NCBI GenBank assembly: GCA_045106895.1
Contig: JBGCFM010000172.1
Span: 17,624-81,623 of the forward strand
Reading direction: 5' to 3'
Source of the DNA: Polyangiales bacterium
GTDB taxonomy: Bacteria; Myxococcota_A; Polyangia; Polyangiales; Houyiibacteriaceae
DNA: 64,000 nucleotides
Positions 1 to 9,817 of this stretch are shown here, one piece after another (positions within the stretch are counted from its first letter, which is position 1; the number at the start of each line of letters is the position of its first letter). The notes below the pieces were generated by a model. The model saw only the letters and a list, made by a program, of their open reading frames with translations, was not told where the DNA came from and searched no databases. The position numbers were made by a program, and so were the translations under genes.

Positions 1-2
1 GG

Positions 3-2861
3 GATGACCTCGCCGAGCTGTACAGAACTCGCGCCGAGGGCGCGAGCGACTCCTTCGACCGAAAGGCGGACTACATTCGTCTGGCGGAAGTCGAGGAGAA
101 CGGGCGCCGCGATTTGGTCGCGTCATTTAGCGCGACGGCGGCGGCATTCGGAGAAGACCCGAACGACGAAGAGACGGCTTCGCGTCTCGAGCGTCTTGCC
201 GGCGAGACCGGCGCATACGACAAACTCGTCGAAGAGTTTGGAACCCGAGCCGCTTCGGTCATGGACCCAGAAGTGGCGCGAAACCTCTACTGGCGCGTGG
301 CGCGAATTGCAGAGAACCAGCTCTCTGATGACGAGCGGGCTATCGGCGCGTACCAGCATGCGCTGGAGCAGGCCGGTGATGACCGGGAAGCCTTGGAAGC
401 ACTCGACCGACTCTTCGTGAAGGGCGAACGGTGGTCGAGCCTCGGTGAAGTCGTAGAGCGCCGCATCACGCTCTGCGATGACCCGACAGCCCGAGCAGAC
501 CTCCTCATTCGCCTTGGCGAACTGCGGGAAGGGCACTTTGGCGACAAGCGTGGAGCTTTTGCTGCATATCAAGAAGTACTGGAGCGAGACCCAGGAGATG
601 GGCGCGCGACAGAAGCACTTGAACGCCTCGGCACCGAGCCGGAGCTTGCCCTCGATGTCATCGACGTTCTGGAAGGGGCCTACCGAGACACAGGCGCCTT
701 GGAACGCGTCGCAGGTCTCTACACACTGCGCGTGAACCTGGCGGACACGGACGGCGAACGTGTTCGCATTCTGCAGGAGGCTGCGCAGCTTTGGGAGGGC
801 GAGCTTGGCCGCCCTGAAGACGCGTTTGCGTCGCTTCGAAAAGCTGCAGAACTCGACCCGCTCGACGACTCGATGCTCGATGAACTCGAGCGTTTGGCCC
901 ACGCTTGCGGAAAGCCGGAGCTATTGCGCGGCTTCGCAGAGAGCGTGGTTGAAGCGGGGTCCGCATCGGGCCGAGCGCTTCGCGATGTTCATGTTCGTGC
1001 CGCTCGTTGGTACACAGATGGACTTGGTGACCAGGCAGCGGCGGAGACGCAGCTTCGGGCAGCCTTGGCCATTGATGACGAAGCCACGGACGTACACGGT
1101 CGCTTGGTCGATCTGCTTCGCGGGCCAGGGCGAGAAGCTGAGTTGGTCACGTCCCTGAAGGCGTGGGCTGCGGCAGACAGTGACGACTTCAACAAGGTCG
1201 AGCGTTTGCTGGAGGCGGCGCGCCTCAGTGAGTCGGCCGTGGGCGACAGGGATGCCGCGGCGGAATGCTACGACAGCGTCTTGGCTCTTGAGCCTGGACA
1301 CGAGGCAGCGTTGCGCGCGCTCACGCAGATTCGTGAGGACGAAGAGAAGTGGGACGAGGTCGCCAGTTTGCTGACCCGTCGCATCGACCTCGAAATGGAC
1401 CCGACGAGCCGCGTAGATTTGCGCCGGCGCGTGGCGACACTCTTGGCCGGTCCTCTGGCGAATCCTGCAGAAGCCACGCGCGCTTGGGAAGGCGTCCTCG
1501 ACGAAGAGCCCGCCGACATGCAGGCAATCGGCGAGCTTGAAGCGCTCTACGAAGCGGCGGAACGCTGGGAAGAGCTGCGTGAGCTCCTCGACCGGCGGTT
1601 GGACGCTGCCACGACGGACTCTGAACGAGTCTCGGCGCGCGTTCGCCTTGCACGCCTCGCAGAAAAGGCCTTTGGCCGACGCGACGATGCATTGGACCAG
1701 CTCCGTGGGGTTCTCGAGATCGATCCGCAGAACGGTGAAGCCCTCGACGAACTTGAGCGCCTTCTCACCTTGGAAGAAGACTGGGAAGAGTTGGTTTCGT
1801 TGCTCGAGCGACGGGCGGGGAACGCCAATGGCGCGGGCGATTGGCCGGCCGAACGAGATGCTCTTGCACGGATCGCGAGCCTTCATGAGGAGCACCGCAA
1901 CGACGCGCACTCCGCTCTGGAGATTCACGGGATGATCCTGACATCGGAGCCGGGGCATGTCCCTTCGCTCCAGCGAGTGGTCGCCATTCACGAAGCAGCC
2001 GGCCACACTGAATCGGCTGCGGATGCGCTTGAGAGGCTTGCGCCTCATCTTGAGGCCGCACCCGCCGCCGCCGCGTACCAGCGACTGGCGACGATTGCAG
2101 AAGACCAGCTGAGTGACGCGCCTCGGGCGCTGGCGGCGTTGCGGCGTGCGTACGAGCTACAGCCGACGGCAACGACGCGGGAGCTGCTGCGAACTCATCA
2201 CGAGCACCATGAAAACTGGACGGAGTACGCCATGCTCCTCGATGCGGAGACCGCGGAGGTTGAAGAACCTGAGGCGCAAGCCGCTCTTCTGAAGCGCATC
2301 GCCGACGTCTATGTGACCAAGCTTGAAGACCCCGGTAGCGCGGCGACATACCTCGAGCGTGCCAGCCGTCTTGCGCCGGATGACCGTGAGATCCTGCTTC
2401 CTCTCTGCGACCTCTACATCGCCGCCGGGAGACAATCCGATGCGGTGCCGGTCCTTCGTCAGATCATCGAGAGCTTCGGCGGACGCCGAAGCAAAGAGCT
2501 GGCGCAATACCATCACCGACTGGGCAAAGCGGTTCAAGGGATGGGCGACGCCCAAGGAGCCATGGAGCACTTCGACGCGGCCTTCCGCATCGACCTCACC
2601 AACGTCGCTATTCTCCGAGACCTCGGTAAGCTCGCCCTGGACATGGGTGACCTGGCGAGAGCTCAGAAGACGTTCCGCGCGCTTCTCCTGCAGAAGCTCA
2701 AGCCGGACGTCGGCATCACAAAGGCCGACGTGTATTTCTACCTCGGCAGCATCGCGAACCAAGAAGGAGATGCCCGCAAGGCCGTCTCGATGCTTGAGCG
2801 CGCCATGAGTGAGGATTCCGAGCACGAGGCGGCAAAGGCGCTGCTCAGTACGCTCAAGTGA
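3..2861 (+). CDS. Large tetratricopeptide-repeat protein (myxobacterial AgmK-like giant TPR), 5' end outside the window
   Basis: Frame is open from base 3 (DDLAELYRTRAE...). Many helical TPR-like units (e.g. AIGAYQHALEQAGDDREALEALDRL, AYQEVLERDPGDGRATEALERL). Stop TGA overlaps the next GTG. Confidence 0.85.
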   Translation, partial: DDLAELYRTRAEGASDSFDRKADYIRLAEVEENGRRDLVASFSATAAAFGEDPNDEETASRLERLAGETGAYDKLVEEFGTRAASVMDPEVARNLYWRVARIAENQLSDDERAIGAYQHALEQAGDDREALEALDRLFVKGERWSSLGEVVERRITLCDDPTARADLLIRLGELREGHFGDKRGAFAAYQEVLERDPGDGRATEALERLGTEPELALDVIDVLEGAYRDTGALERVAGLYTLRVNLADTDGERVRILQEAAQLWEGELGRPEDAFASLRKAAELDPLDDSMLDELERLAHACGKPELLRGFAESVVEAGSASGRALRDVHVRAARWYTDGLGDQAAAETQLRAALAIDDEATDVHGRLVDLLRGPGREAELVTSLKAWAAADSDDFNKVERLLEAARLSESAVGDRDAAAECYDSVLALEPGHEAALRALTQIREDEEKWDEVASLLTRRIDLEMDPTSRVDLRRRVATLLAGPLANPAEATRAWEGVLDEEPADMQAIGELEALYEAAERWEELRELLDRRLDAATTDSERVSARVRLARLAEKAFGRRDDALDQLRGVLEIDPQNGEALDELERLLTLEEDWEELVSLLERRAGNANGAGDWPAERDALARIASLHEEHRNDAHSALEIHGMILTSEPGHVPSLQRVVAIHEAAGHTESAADALERLAPHLEAAPAAAAYQRLATIAEDQLSDAPRALAALRRAYELQPTATTRELLRTHHEHHENWTEYAMLLDAETAEVEEPEAQAALLKRIADVYVTKLEDPGSAATYLERASRLAPDDREILLPLCDLYIAAGRQSDAVPVLRQIIESFGGRRSKELAQYHHRLGKAVQGMGDAQGAMEHFDAAFRIDLTNVAILRDLGKLALDMGDLARAQKTFRALLLQKLKPDVGITKADVYFYLGSIANQEGDARKAVSMLERAMSEDSEHEAAKALLSTLK

Positions 2862-3871
2862 CTCCCGTCGTTGTGCTGAACGGCGAGCTTCGGCTCGCTG
2901 ATGATGCGCTTGTTCCACTAAACGGCGTCTTGGCCTCTTTTGGCGAAGGCGCCCTTGAGGTCTTTCGGACGACTGCGCATGGACCTTTCCTCGCATCACG
3001 CCACCTCGCTCGGCTGCGAAGAACGTGTGAGCGTTTAGGCATTCCCGCCGAAGACGCCGAGCAAGACCTCATTCACGACCTCAATGTGCTTTCCGGAGCA
3101 GGGAAGGGGCCATGGCGCGTGCGGCTGATTCGAAGTCGCTTTGATTCGGGAGCCATGCGCGCCCTTATCGCGGAGACGTTTACACCGAGTGAGCTTCTAT
3201 CCACAGGCGCACGCCTGACGCTCCGCGAGGGAATCGTGACTCCCCTCGCGATAAAGACCACGAGCTACGTGGCAAGCCGAGTTCTCCGGCGCGAGGCGCT
3301 AGCAGCAGGCTTTGATGAGTGCCTTCTACACCTCGGCGGAGAACTCATGGAGGGGGCGTCGTCCAACATCGTTCTCGTCATTCAAGACGTATTGGTGTCC
3401 CCGACCTCCCCTTGGATTCTTGATGGTGTGACGCTTCAGCACGTGCTCCAGTCAGCGATGGACCTTGGTTTGGAGACCGAACATCGTCCCGTGGCTCTGA
3501 CTGAGCTCGCCGGCGCCGACGAGGTGTTCATGACCAGCGCGATTCGAGGACCGATCCCCGTAAGGGAAGTGGACGGGCAGAAGTACCGTATCGGCCGGGT
3601 TTTCGATGCTGTTCGGCAGCGCTACGAGGCCGATCTGCAAAGTGACTGGGGAGAGCTTCAGGAGGAGACGGTGGCCGGGGCCCGCGACCTTATCGAAAAT
3701 CGCCTGGCGAAAATGGGCGAGGTGAAGGGTGGCGATCTACTCCTCGAGGGAGAGTCGTTCTTGCTTCGTTGGTCCGGGGAGGCCCTAAATATACGTCTCG
3801 CGACGCCCTACGCTGGCGGCGGCGGGCGGTTACGCGCGCTGGCGAAGGCGCTCCAGGACGCTCATCACTAG
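2858..3871 (+). CDS. Class IV PLP-dependent aminotransferase (BCAT / D-amino-acid aminotransferase / ADC lyase family) with a C-terminal extension
   Basis: HLARL, PLP lysine in IKTTSY, EGASSNI, ILDGVT and ADEVFMTSA motifs. GTGA overlap with the upstream gene. Confidence 0.85.
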   Translation: MTPVVVLNGELRLADDALVPLNGVLASFGEGALEVFRTTAHGPFLASRHLARLRRTCERLGIPAEDAEQDLIHDLNVLSGAGKGPWRVRLIRSRFDSGAMRALIAETFTPSELLSTGARLTLREGIVTPLAIKTTSYVASRVLRREALAAGFDECLLHLGGELMEGASSNIVLVIQDVLVSPTSPWILDGVTLQHVLQSAMDLGLETEHRPVALTELAGADEVFMTSAIRGPIPVREVDGQKYRIGRVFDAVRQRYEADLQSDWGELQEETVAGARDLIENRLAKMGEVKGGDLLLEGESFLLRWSGEALNIRLATPYAGGGGRLRALAKALQDAHH

Positions 3872-3915
3872 CTGGCGCTTGCGGCACAGGAACGACCTGC
3901 TACACCGCCGGTCCA

Positions 3916-4056
3916 ATGTCACTCACAAGCAAGACAGAGACTCGACGCAAGCGTCGTCACAAGAACTTCGGCAAAAAGCGGAAGAAGCTTCTCGCGAAGG
4001 AAGGCACCACGCCTAAATTCCCGATCCACCCGGACGGCAAGAAGAGCTCCGACTGA
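3916..4056 (+). CDS. 46-aa highly basic small protein (MSLTSKTETRRKRRHKNFGKKRKKLLAKEGTTPKFPIHPDGKKSSD)
   Basis: In-frame ATG at 3916 within ORF 3769-4056, clear of the upstream gene. GC-rich third codon positions. Followed by a strong terminator. Confidence 0.75.
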   Translation: MSLTSKTETRRKRRHKNFGKKRKKLLAKEGTTPKFPIHPDGKKSSD

Positions 4057-4100
4057 TCTTCTCGGGGGCGACAACCCCTGGGAAAACACAGAGTCTTGAG

Positions 4101-4129
4101 AGGTACAACCGTAAGGTTGTGCCTTTTTT
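4101..4129 (+). terminator. Intrinsic terminator after the small basic ORF
   Basis: AGGTACAACC-GTAA-GGTTGTGCCT hairpin (GNRA loop, one G-U pair) followed by a T run. Confidence 0.85.
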
Positions 4130-4186
4130 GCGTGTTTTCGATAGCAAATACGTGCGTGAGACCAGTGGCGAACCCATGTTGAGGCA

Positions 4187-5296
4187 ATGAGTTCAGACCA
4201 CACCCCACAGACGTCCAGTTCGAAACGCGATGACGCTATCCAGGTCGCTCCATCGGACGATGGCTGGAACCAGCTCATGAAGGTGTTGGACAAGGTCCCC
4301 TTCGTGGCGGGCGTCAAACGTGACGTTGGCTCCCTGCGGCGGCTGGTGGTGGGTCGACGCGCGCCCCGAATCGCGATCATGGGGTTCGCCGGAAGTGGGC
4401 GCTCCCGGCTCGTGAACGGGCTCATCGGTACGCCCGTGCTTCGGGAGAGCGACCGCAGCCACCGGGGCTCTTGGGTCTTCGTGAACGCAGACGGCCGAAG
4501 CATGGAGTGGCTGGAGCTGGAACCCTCGGTCCCGGCTGCTGCGTGGCCTCAGAGTCAGACCCCGGATGTGATCATCCTCGTAGCGACCCCCGACGAAGTC
4601 GCGGCAGGTCTTGGCGACCACCTTGAGGCCTTGGTCTCCGCTGCGGGGAGCGCGTTCAAGACAGACCCGAAGTTCGTGGCAGTGCTCACAAAGAGTGACT
4701 CCCTCGACGACGAGGGACCCAGCGTGGAAATGGTCCGACAACGCTACGCTCGACAGATTCTCGATGCAGGCTTGGGCGAGGCGAAGGTCTACGCCATCTC
4801 GGTCCCCTCGGCGAACGAGCAAAGGAACGGGGCAGCGCCCGTCGGAACCGAAGCGTTGGCTGAGGCCGTCGCGAAGCTCGTTCCAGACGAAGCGCTGGTC
4901 GAGACGGCGCGGGCCTTCGTTGCACCTCAAGCGCAGAGTCGCGTGGCGGACAACATTATCCAGTCGAGCTCCACGCTTGCGCTCACCGTAGCTCTCGCGC
5001 CTGTTCCGCTCTCGGACATCGCTCTCATCGCACCCCTTCAAGGGCTGATGGTGTCGACCATCGCACACCTTGGCGGACGCAGCCTCGATGGAGGCGGCGC
5101 CTCGGAGTGGATTGCGAGCATTGGCGTAGCGGGCGGAATCGGAGTTGGCTTTCGCACATTGGCACGCCAAGTGGTGAAGGTGGTCCCAGGAGCCGGCAGC
5201 CTTGTCGCGGCAGGCATCGCCGGAGCAGGGACCCTGGCGATGGGTCGTAGTGCGAAGCGCTATTTCCTAGGCCCGGCGACGCCTAACGAGAGTTGA
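4187..5296 (+). CDS. Era/YcjF-like GTPase-fold protein with a C-terminal DUF697-like hydrophobic domain (degenerate G motifs)
   Basis: G1-like GFAGSGRS, G4 TKSD, and C-terminal PVPLSDIALIAPLQ...VPGAGSLVAAGIAGAGTLAMG typical of DUF697/YcjF. Confidence 0.7.
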   Translation: MSSDHTPQTSSSKRDDAIQVAPSDDGWNQLMKVLDKVPFVAGVKRDVGSLRRLVVGRRAPRIAIMGFAGSGRSRLVNGLIGTPVLRESDRSHRGSWVFVNADGRSMEWLELEPSVPAAAWPQSQTPDVIILVATPDEVAAGLGDHLEALVSAAGSAFKTDPKFVAVLTKSDSLDDEGPSVEMVRQRYARQILDAGLGEAKVYAISVPSANEQRNGAAPVGTEALAEAVAKLVPDEALVETARAFVAPQAQSRVADNIIQSSSTLALTVALAPVPLSDIALIAPLQGLMVSTIAHLGGRSLDGGGASEWIASIGVAGGIGVGFRTLARQVVKVVPGAGSLVAAGIAGAGTLAMGRSAKRYFLGPATPNES

Positions 5297-5327
5297 GCCC
5301 CGTCCGCCAGCCTTGTACGGTCTCGGC

Positions 5328-6872
5328 GTGACGTTTGACCCGCCCCAGTTCCCGGAACGCTTCAACCTGGCCTCCTACTTCCTCGATGAACGAGTAAGCG
5401 AGGGACGCGGTGACCGACGAGCCCTCGTCGTTGGCGAGAAGTCGTTCTCCTACGCAGAGGTTCAGCGCCGGGCGAATCGTGCCTGTGACGTGCTCCGGAC
5501 AGCGGGGGTTCGAAAGGAAGAGCGGGTGTTGATGCTGCTCTTCGATGGGCTCCCTTTCGTGGAGACCTGGTTCGGGATACTGAAAACCGGCGCCGTGTTT
5601 TGTATGGCGAATCCTCTCGGCACCACCGAGGACCTCCGTTACTTGCTGGACTATACGGGCTGCACCGCCGTCGTCGCGGATGCCTCCCTTACCACCAAGC
5701 TCGACTCCGTGATGCCTGCCTCGTGTCGAGCGCGCTTTTGTGTGGGTGGCAGCGCAGCTGGCTGGACGACCTGGGAGACGGCGCTGGAGGCGGCGAGTGA
5801 CGTGGTCACGAATGCAGACACTTCCCGCGATGACATCGCAGGGTGGCTTTTTACAAGTGGGACCACGGGCAAGCCGAAGGGCGCGGTTCACTTCCACCGT
5901 CACTTTGCCTACAGCACCGAGTGCTACGCAAAGAACGTCCTTGGGCTGAACGAAGACGACGTCTTTGTGAGCGTGTCTCGTCTCTTTTTCGGGTATGGCA
6001 CGGGGACAAACCTCATGTTCCCGTTTGCTGTGGGAGGCACGGCGGTTCTCTTCCCTGAGAAGCCAACGCCGGACCGGCTCATCGAACACATCGAGGCGCA
6101 CAAAGTGAGCGTCCTAACCAACGTTCCTGCGATGATCCGGCAGATGGTCGACAGCGAACGCGACGCGGACTTGTCGAGCGTTCGCATTTGCCTCAGCGCA
6201 GGCGAGGCCCTGCCGGCAGAGCTCTACAAACGATGGAAGGCTCGTTTCCCGAGCGCTGAGGTCCTCGACGGGATCGGTTCGGCGGAAATGTTTCACATCT
6301 ACATCACGAACCGTCTCGGGGATGTTCGCTTGGGGTCCCTCGGCCGAATCGTTGCCGGGTACGAAGTTGAAATCGTGGACGGTGATGGGCAGGTTGTGCC
6401 GGTTGGCGAACGTGGCCGCCTCCGCGTGCGAGGGGACTCGACGGCGCTCTGCTACTGGGGAGATCAAGACAAGTCGCGAGCGACGTTCCAGGGTGAGTGG
6501 TGCACCACCGCCGACGTGTTCTCATGCGACGCCAACGGCTACTACTATTACGCCGGCCGGGCGGATGACATGATGAAGGTTCGCGGGCAGTTCGTTAGTC
6601 CCCTGGAGATCGAAGACTGTTTGGCCACCCACGAGGCGATTCGGGAGTGCGCGATTATCGGTACCTTGGACGAAGACGGCCTGACGCTGCCCAAGGCGTT
6701 TATTGTGTTGCGTGACGGATTTGAAGCATCCGAGACGCTCGAGAAGGAGTTCAAGGCGCACTGCCAGAGCCACCTTACGCGCTACAAATTCCCGCGGGCG
6801 TTTTCGTATGCTGACGCGCTTCCGAGAAACGACCGCGGCAAAGTGCAACGCCGCGAGCTGGAGGTTCTATGA
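5328..6872 (+). CDS. Benzoate/anthranilate-CoA ligase family protein
   Basis: FPERFNLA N-terminus, FTSGTTGKPKG, LFFGYGTG, SAGEALP, DGIGSAE, GRADDMMKV and GKVQR motifs. GTG start chosen at 5328. Confidence 0.85.
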   Translation: MTFDPPQFPERFNLASYFLDERVSEGRGDRRALVVGEKSFSYAEVQRRANRACDVLRTAGVRKEERVLMLLFDGLPFVETWFGILKTGAVFCMANPLGTTEDLRYLLDYTGCTAVVADASLTTKLDSVMPASCRARFCVGGSAAGWTTWETALEAASDVVTNADTSRDDIAGWLFTSGTTGKPKGAVHFHRHFAYSTECYAKNVLGLNEDDVFVSVSRLFFGYGTGTNLMFPFAVGGTAVLFPEKPTPDRLIEHIEAHKVSVLTNVPAMIRQMVDSERDADLSSVRICLSAGEALPAELYKRWKARFPSAEVLDGIGSAEMFHIYITNRLGDVRLGSLGRIVAGYEVEIVDGDGQVVPVGERGRLRVRGDSTALCYWGDQDKSRATFQGEWCTTADVFSCDANGYYYYAGRADDMMKVRGQFVSPLEIEDCLATHEAIRECAIIGTLDEDGLTLPKAFIVLRDGFEASETLEKEFKAHCQSHLTRYKFPRAFSYADALPRNDRGKVQRRELEVL

Positions 6873-7609
6873 GTGTTTTCCTTGAGGAGATGACGTTTGA
6901 AGACGCCGTGTCCCATGCCGGCGCTGTCGCCTTTCTTCCCACGGGCGCGACAGAAGCCCACGGGCCCCACCTGCCGCTCAACACGGATGTCGTGATCTCA
7001 CGGGAAGGCGCGCTACGCGCAGCCCTTGCGCTCCGAGAAGAGGGCATCGACGCGGTCGTCTTGCCGCCGCTTGCCTACGCGGTGACGGAGTTCGCGGCAA
7101 CGTTTGGAGGCACCATATCTCTGCCCTTCGACACGGCTAAGGCCATGATTCGCGACGTGATCCTCGGTGCCGTTCGCGCCGGTTTTCCTGCTGTGGTGTT
7201 GTGCAACGCGCATCTGGAACCGGACAACATCCGTGCGCTGAAAACAGCCATGGACGAGGCGAAGGCCAAAGGCGCGAAGGTGGCGTTTCCTGACGTCACA
7301 CGAAAGCCTCATGCGCTTCGGCTTGGCGAAGAATTTCGTTCCGGCGCGTGCCACGCGGGTCGCTACGAGTCGAGCTTGGTTCTAGCGAGCCGACCGGAGT
7401 TGGTGCGTGAGAAGCGAACAGAACTCGCGCCGAACCCGTCGTCGCTCTCCGTAGCGATTCGTGACGGGAAGAAGAACTTCGTGGAGGCGGGAGGGCCGGA
7501 CGCGTACTTTGGGTGGCCTGCTGATGCGAGCGTCGCTGAAGGCGAAGAGCTCTACGCCACGATGGCGGACATCTTCATGAGCGGAGCCAAAGAGCTCCTC
7601 GCGAACTAG
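6869..7609 (+). CDS. Creatininase-family amidohydrolase
   Basis: PTGATEAHGPHLPLNTD, CNAH and HAGRYESS motifs. Confidence 0.85.
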   Translation: MSVFLEEMTFEDAVSHAGAVAFLPTGATEAHGPHLPLNTDVVISREGALRAALALREEGIDAVVLPPLAYAVTEFAATFGGTISLPFDTAKAMIRDVILGAVRAGFPAVVLCNAHLEPDNIRALKTAMDEAKAKGAKVAFPDVTRKPHALRLGEEFRSGACHAGRYESSLVLASRPELVREKRTELAPNPSSLSVAIRDGKKNFVEAGGPDAYFGWPADASVAEGEELYATMADIFMSGAKELLAN

Positions 7610-8313
7610 TCTTGGTCCTCTGAGCCGAGAACGCTCGGACGCCCGTCGTGCCAGGTGCTCTCGGCGTCGTGCACTTTCGCGAAGTGCTCGCCGGCTCGCT
7701 GCGTCACTTCGCTCATGTCAGGCGCCTCGTCGCACTCAAGTCCAAGACTCGTAACGCCTTTTCCTTGAATGCCGCACGGAACGATGACTTGGAAGTGCGC
7801 CATGTTGGGAGCTACGTTCAGCGCGAAGCCGTGCATGGTCACCCAGCGGCTGATGCGCACGCCGACGGCGCCGATCTTTCGGGGGCGTAGGCCTTGGGGC
7901 TCGACCCAGGTTCCGTTGAACTTATCGAGACGCGTGGCGGCGACTTCATAGTCCGCACAGACGCGGATCATGGTCTCCTCCAACGAAGCGACATACTTAC
8001 GAACGTCCATCCGGTCGGGGTTTAGGTCAATGATGGGGTAGGCAACGACCTGACCCGGCCCATGATAGGTAACGTCGCCGCCGCGCCCGACCTCATGCAC
8101 CTCGATGCCCGCTTCGGCGAAGTCTGCCTCTGACAGCAGGAGGTTCTCAGGTTTGGCACCACGCCCCAACGTCACCGTTGGGGGGTGCTCCAAGAGAAGA
8201 AGGGTGTCTCCTATTTTTTCGTTTTGCCGAGCCTCGACAAGCTGGCGCTGGAGGGCGTGGGCTTCACCGTATCCAATGCGCCCGACGCGCCAGATGTCGA
8301 GATGACGGCTCAC
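7606..8313 (-). CDS. lipB: Lipoyl(octanoyl) transferase
   Basis: LLEHPPTVTLG, RGGDVTYHGPGQ, KIGAVG, HGFALN and IVPCG motifs. Confidence 0.95.
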   Translation of the reverse strand: MSRHLDIWRVGRIGYGEAHALQRQLVEARQNEKIGDTLLLLEHPPTVTLGRGAKPENLLLSEADFAEAGIEVHEVGRGGDVTYHGPGQVVAYPIIDLNPDRMDVRKYVASLEETMIRVCADYEVAATRLDKFNGTWVEPQGLRPRKIGAVGVRISRWVTMHGFALNVAPNMAHFQVIVPCGIQGKGVTSLGLECDEAPDMSEVTQRAGEHFAKVHDAESTWHDGRPSVLGSEDQD

Positions 8314-9734
8314 CTCTTGCGGTTGCCGATGTGGACAGCTTCACCGAGCGCGTGCTTGAAAGCCTCCATGACGCCTTCGCTGAGCGTTGGGTGTGGGTGC
8401 ACTGTCAACGCGACGTCTTCGGCATAGGCATGCATTTCGATGGCGAGAGCAGACTCTCCGATGAGGTCCGACGCTTCTGGACCGACGATTCCGACGCCGA
8501 GGACTTTGTTGTCGTTGCCGGGGTCCGTGATGACCTTGATGAAGCCATCTGTCTCGTCGATGGCCATGGCCCGGCCGGACACGGCGAGGGGGAACTTGCC
8601 GATGTTGATCTTCTTGCCCACGGCTTTCGCTTGGGTCTCGGTGACGCCGACGGTGGCGATCTCCGGATCGGTGAAGATAGCGGCGGGCATCGCGCGCACG
8701 TCGAGCATCGCGCCCTTGTGTCCAGCGATGACCTCCGCGGCAATCTCTCCTTCCTTGGAGGCTTTGTGCGCGAGGTATGGACCGCCGGTGACGTCGCCGA
8801 TGGCGTAAATGCCGGGAACGTTTGTCTGGAGTCGCTCGTCGACGACGACGTGACCACGGTCGTCGAGGAGTACGCCTGCTTCTTCAAGCCCGAGCCCCTT
8901 GGAGTTGGGCTTGAATCCGACAGCCATGAGGACCTTGTCGGCCTTGAAGGTCTTCTCTTCGCCGCCGTGTTCGACCACGACGGTGGCTGTTCCCTTCGAC
9001 ACCTTGCAGCTCTTGGCTCGGGCCTTGAGGAGAACCTCTGCGGGATTGTCGCTCTTCTTGAGCTTCTTCTCGACGACCTTCACAAGGTCCTTGTCGGTTC
9101 CTGGGAGGAGCTGGTCCATCATCTCCACGACGACGACCTTCGAGCCGAGCTTCTGGTAGACCATGCCGAGCTCGAGACCGATGACCCCACCGCCGACGAT
9201 GAGGAGCGTCTTGGGCACTTCCTGAAGGGAGACGGCCTCGCGAGCAGTGATGATCGTCTTTCCGTCGGGGGTGAACCCTGGAATCTGGATGACGTTCGTG
9301 CCCGTCGCAACGACGATGCCCTTGGACGCCTTGAACGTCTGCTTGCCTTCCTTGCCATCGACCTCGATGGTGTTCTTTGAAGTGAGTCGTGCGGTCCCGA
9401 GCACAAGATCCGCGCCGTTGCTCTTCACGAGGGTCTGGACGCCGCCGGTGAGCTTCTTGACGATGCCGTCTTTCCAAGCCTGCATCTTGGGAACGTCGAC
9501 CTCCACTTTGCCAACGTTCACGCCGATGTGGGAGGCGTGCTGTGCCTTGTGCGCCAGTCCCGACGCCGCGATGAGCGCTTTGCTTGGGATGCAGCCCCAG
9601 TTGAGGCAAACGCCGCCCCATGACTCCTTTTCAACGCACAGGGTTTTGAGCCCGAGCTGGCCAAGTCGAATCGCCGCAACGTAGCCGCCGGGGCCACTTC
9701 CAATGACGATCGCATCGTAGGTTTTGTCTGCCAT
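8310..9734 (-). CDS. lpdA: Dihydrolipoyl dehydrogenase (E3)
   Basis: GSGPGGYVAA, GGVCLNWGCIPSK and HPHPTLSE motifs. Confidence 0.96.
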   Translation of the reverse strand: MADKTYDAIVIGSGPGGYVAAIRLGQLGLKTLCVEKESWGGVCLNWGCIPSKALIAASGLAHKAQHASHIGVNVGKVEVDVPKMQAWKDGIVKKLTGGVQTLVKSNGADLVLGTARLTSKNTIEVDGKEGKQTFKASKGIVVATGTNVIQIPGFTPDGKTIITAREAVSLQEVPKTLLIVGGGVIGLELGMVYQKLGSKVVVVEMMDQLLPGTDKDLVKVVEKKLKKSDNPAEVLLKARAKSCKVSKGTATVVVEHGGEEKTFKADKVLMAVGFKPNSKGLGLEEAGVLLDDRGHVVVDERLQTNVPGIYAIGDVTGGPYLAHKASKEGEIAAEVIAGHKGAMLDVRAMPAAIFTDPEIATVGVTETQAKAVGKKINIGKFPLAVSGRAMAIDETDGFIKVITDPGNDNKVLGVGIVGPEASDLIGESALAIEMHAYAEDVALTVHPHPTLSEGVMEAFKHALGEAVHIGNRKR

Positions 9735-9817
9735 GTGTTCTCTCTAAGTCGTTTTCGAAAAGGGGCGAGGTTTTTTGCGGACGCCGAAGCGCTTGCGGTG
9801 ATTCGGAATGAGCGATT

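Noticed and set aside
6869..7609. Mycofactocin (MftE) assignment for the creatininase
   Set aside because: No mftA precursor, RRE protein or radical SAM gene in the window.
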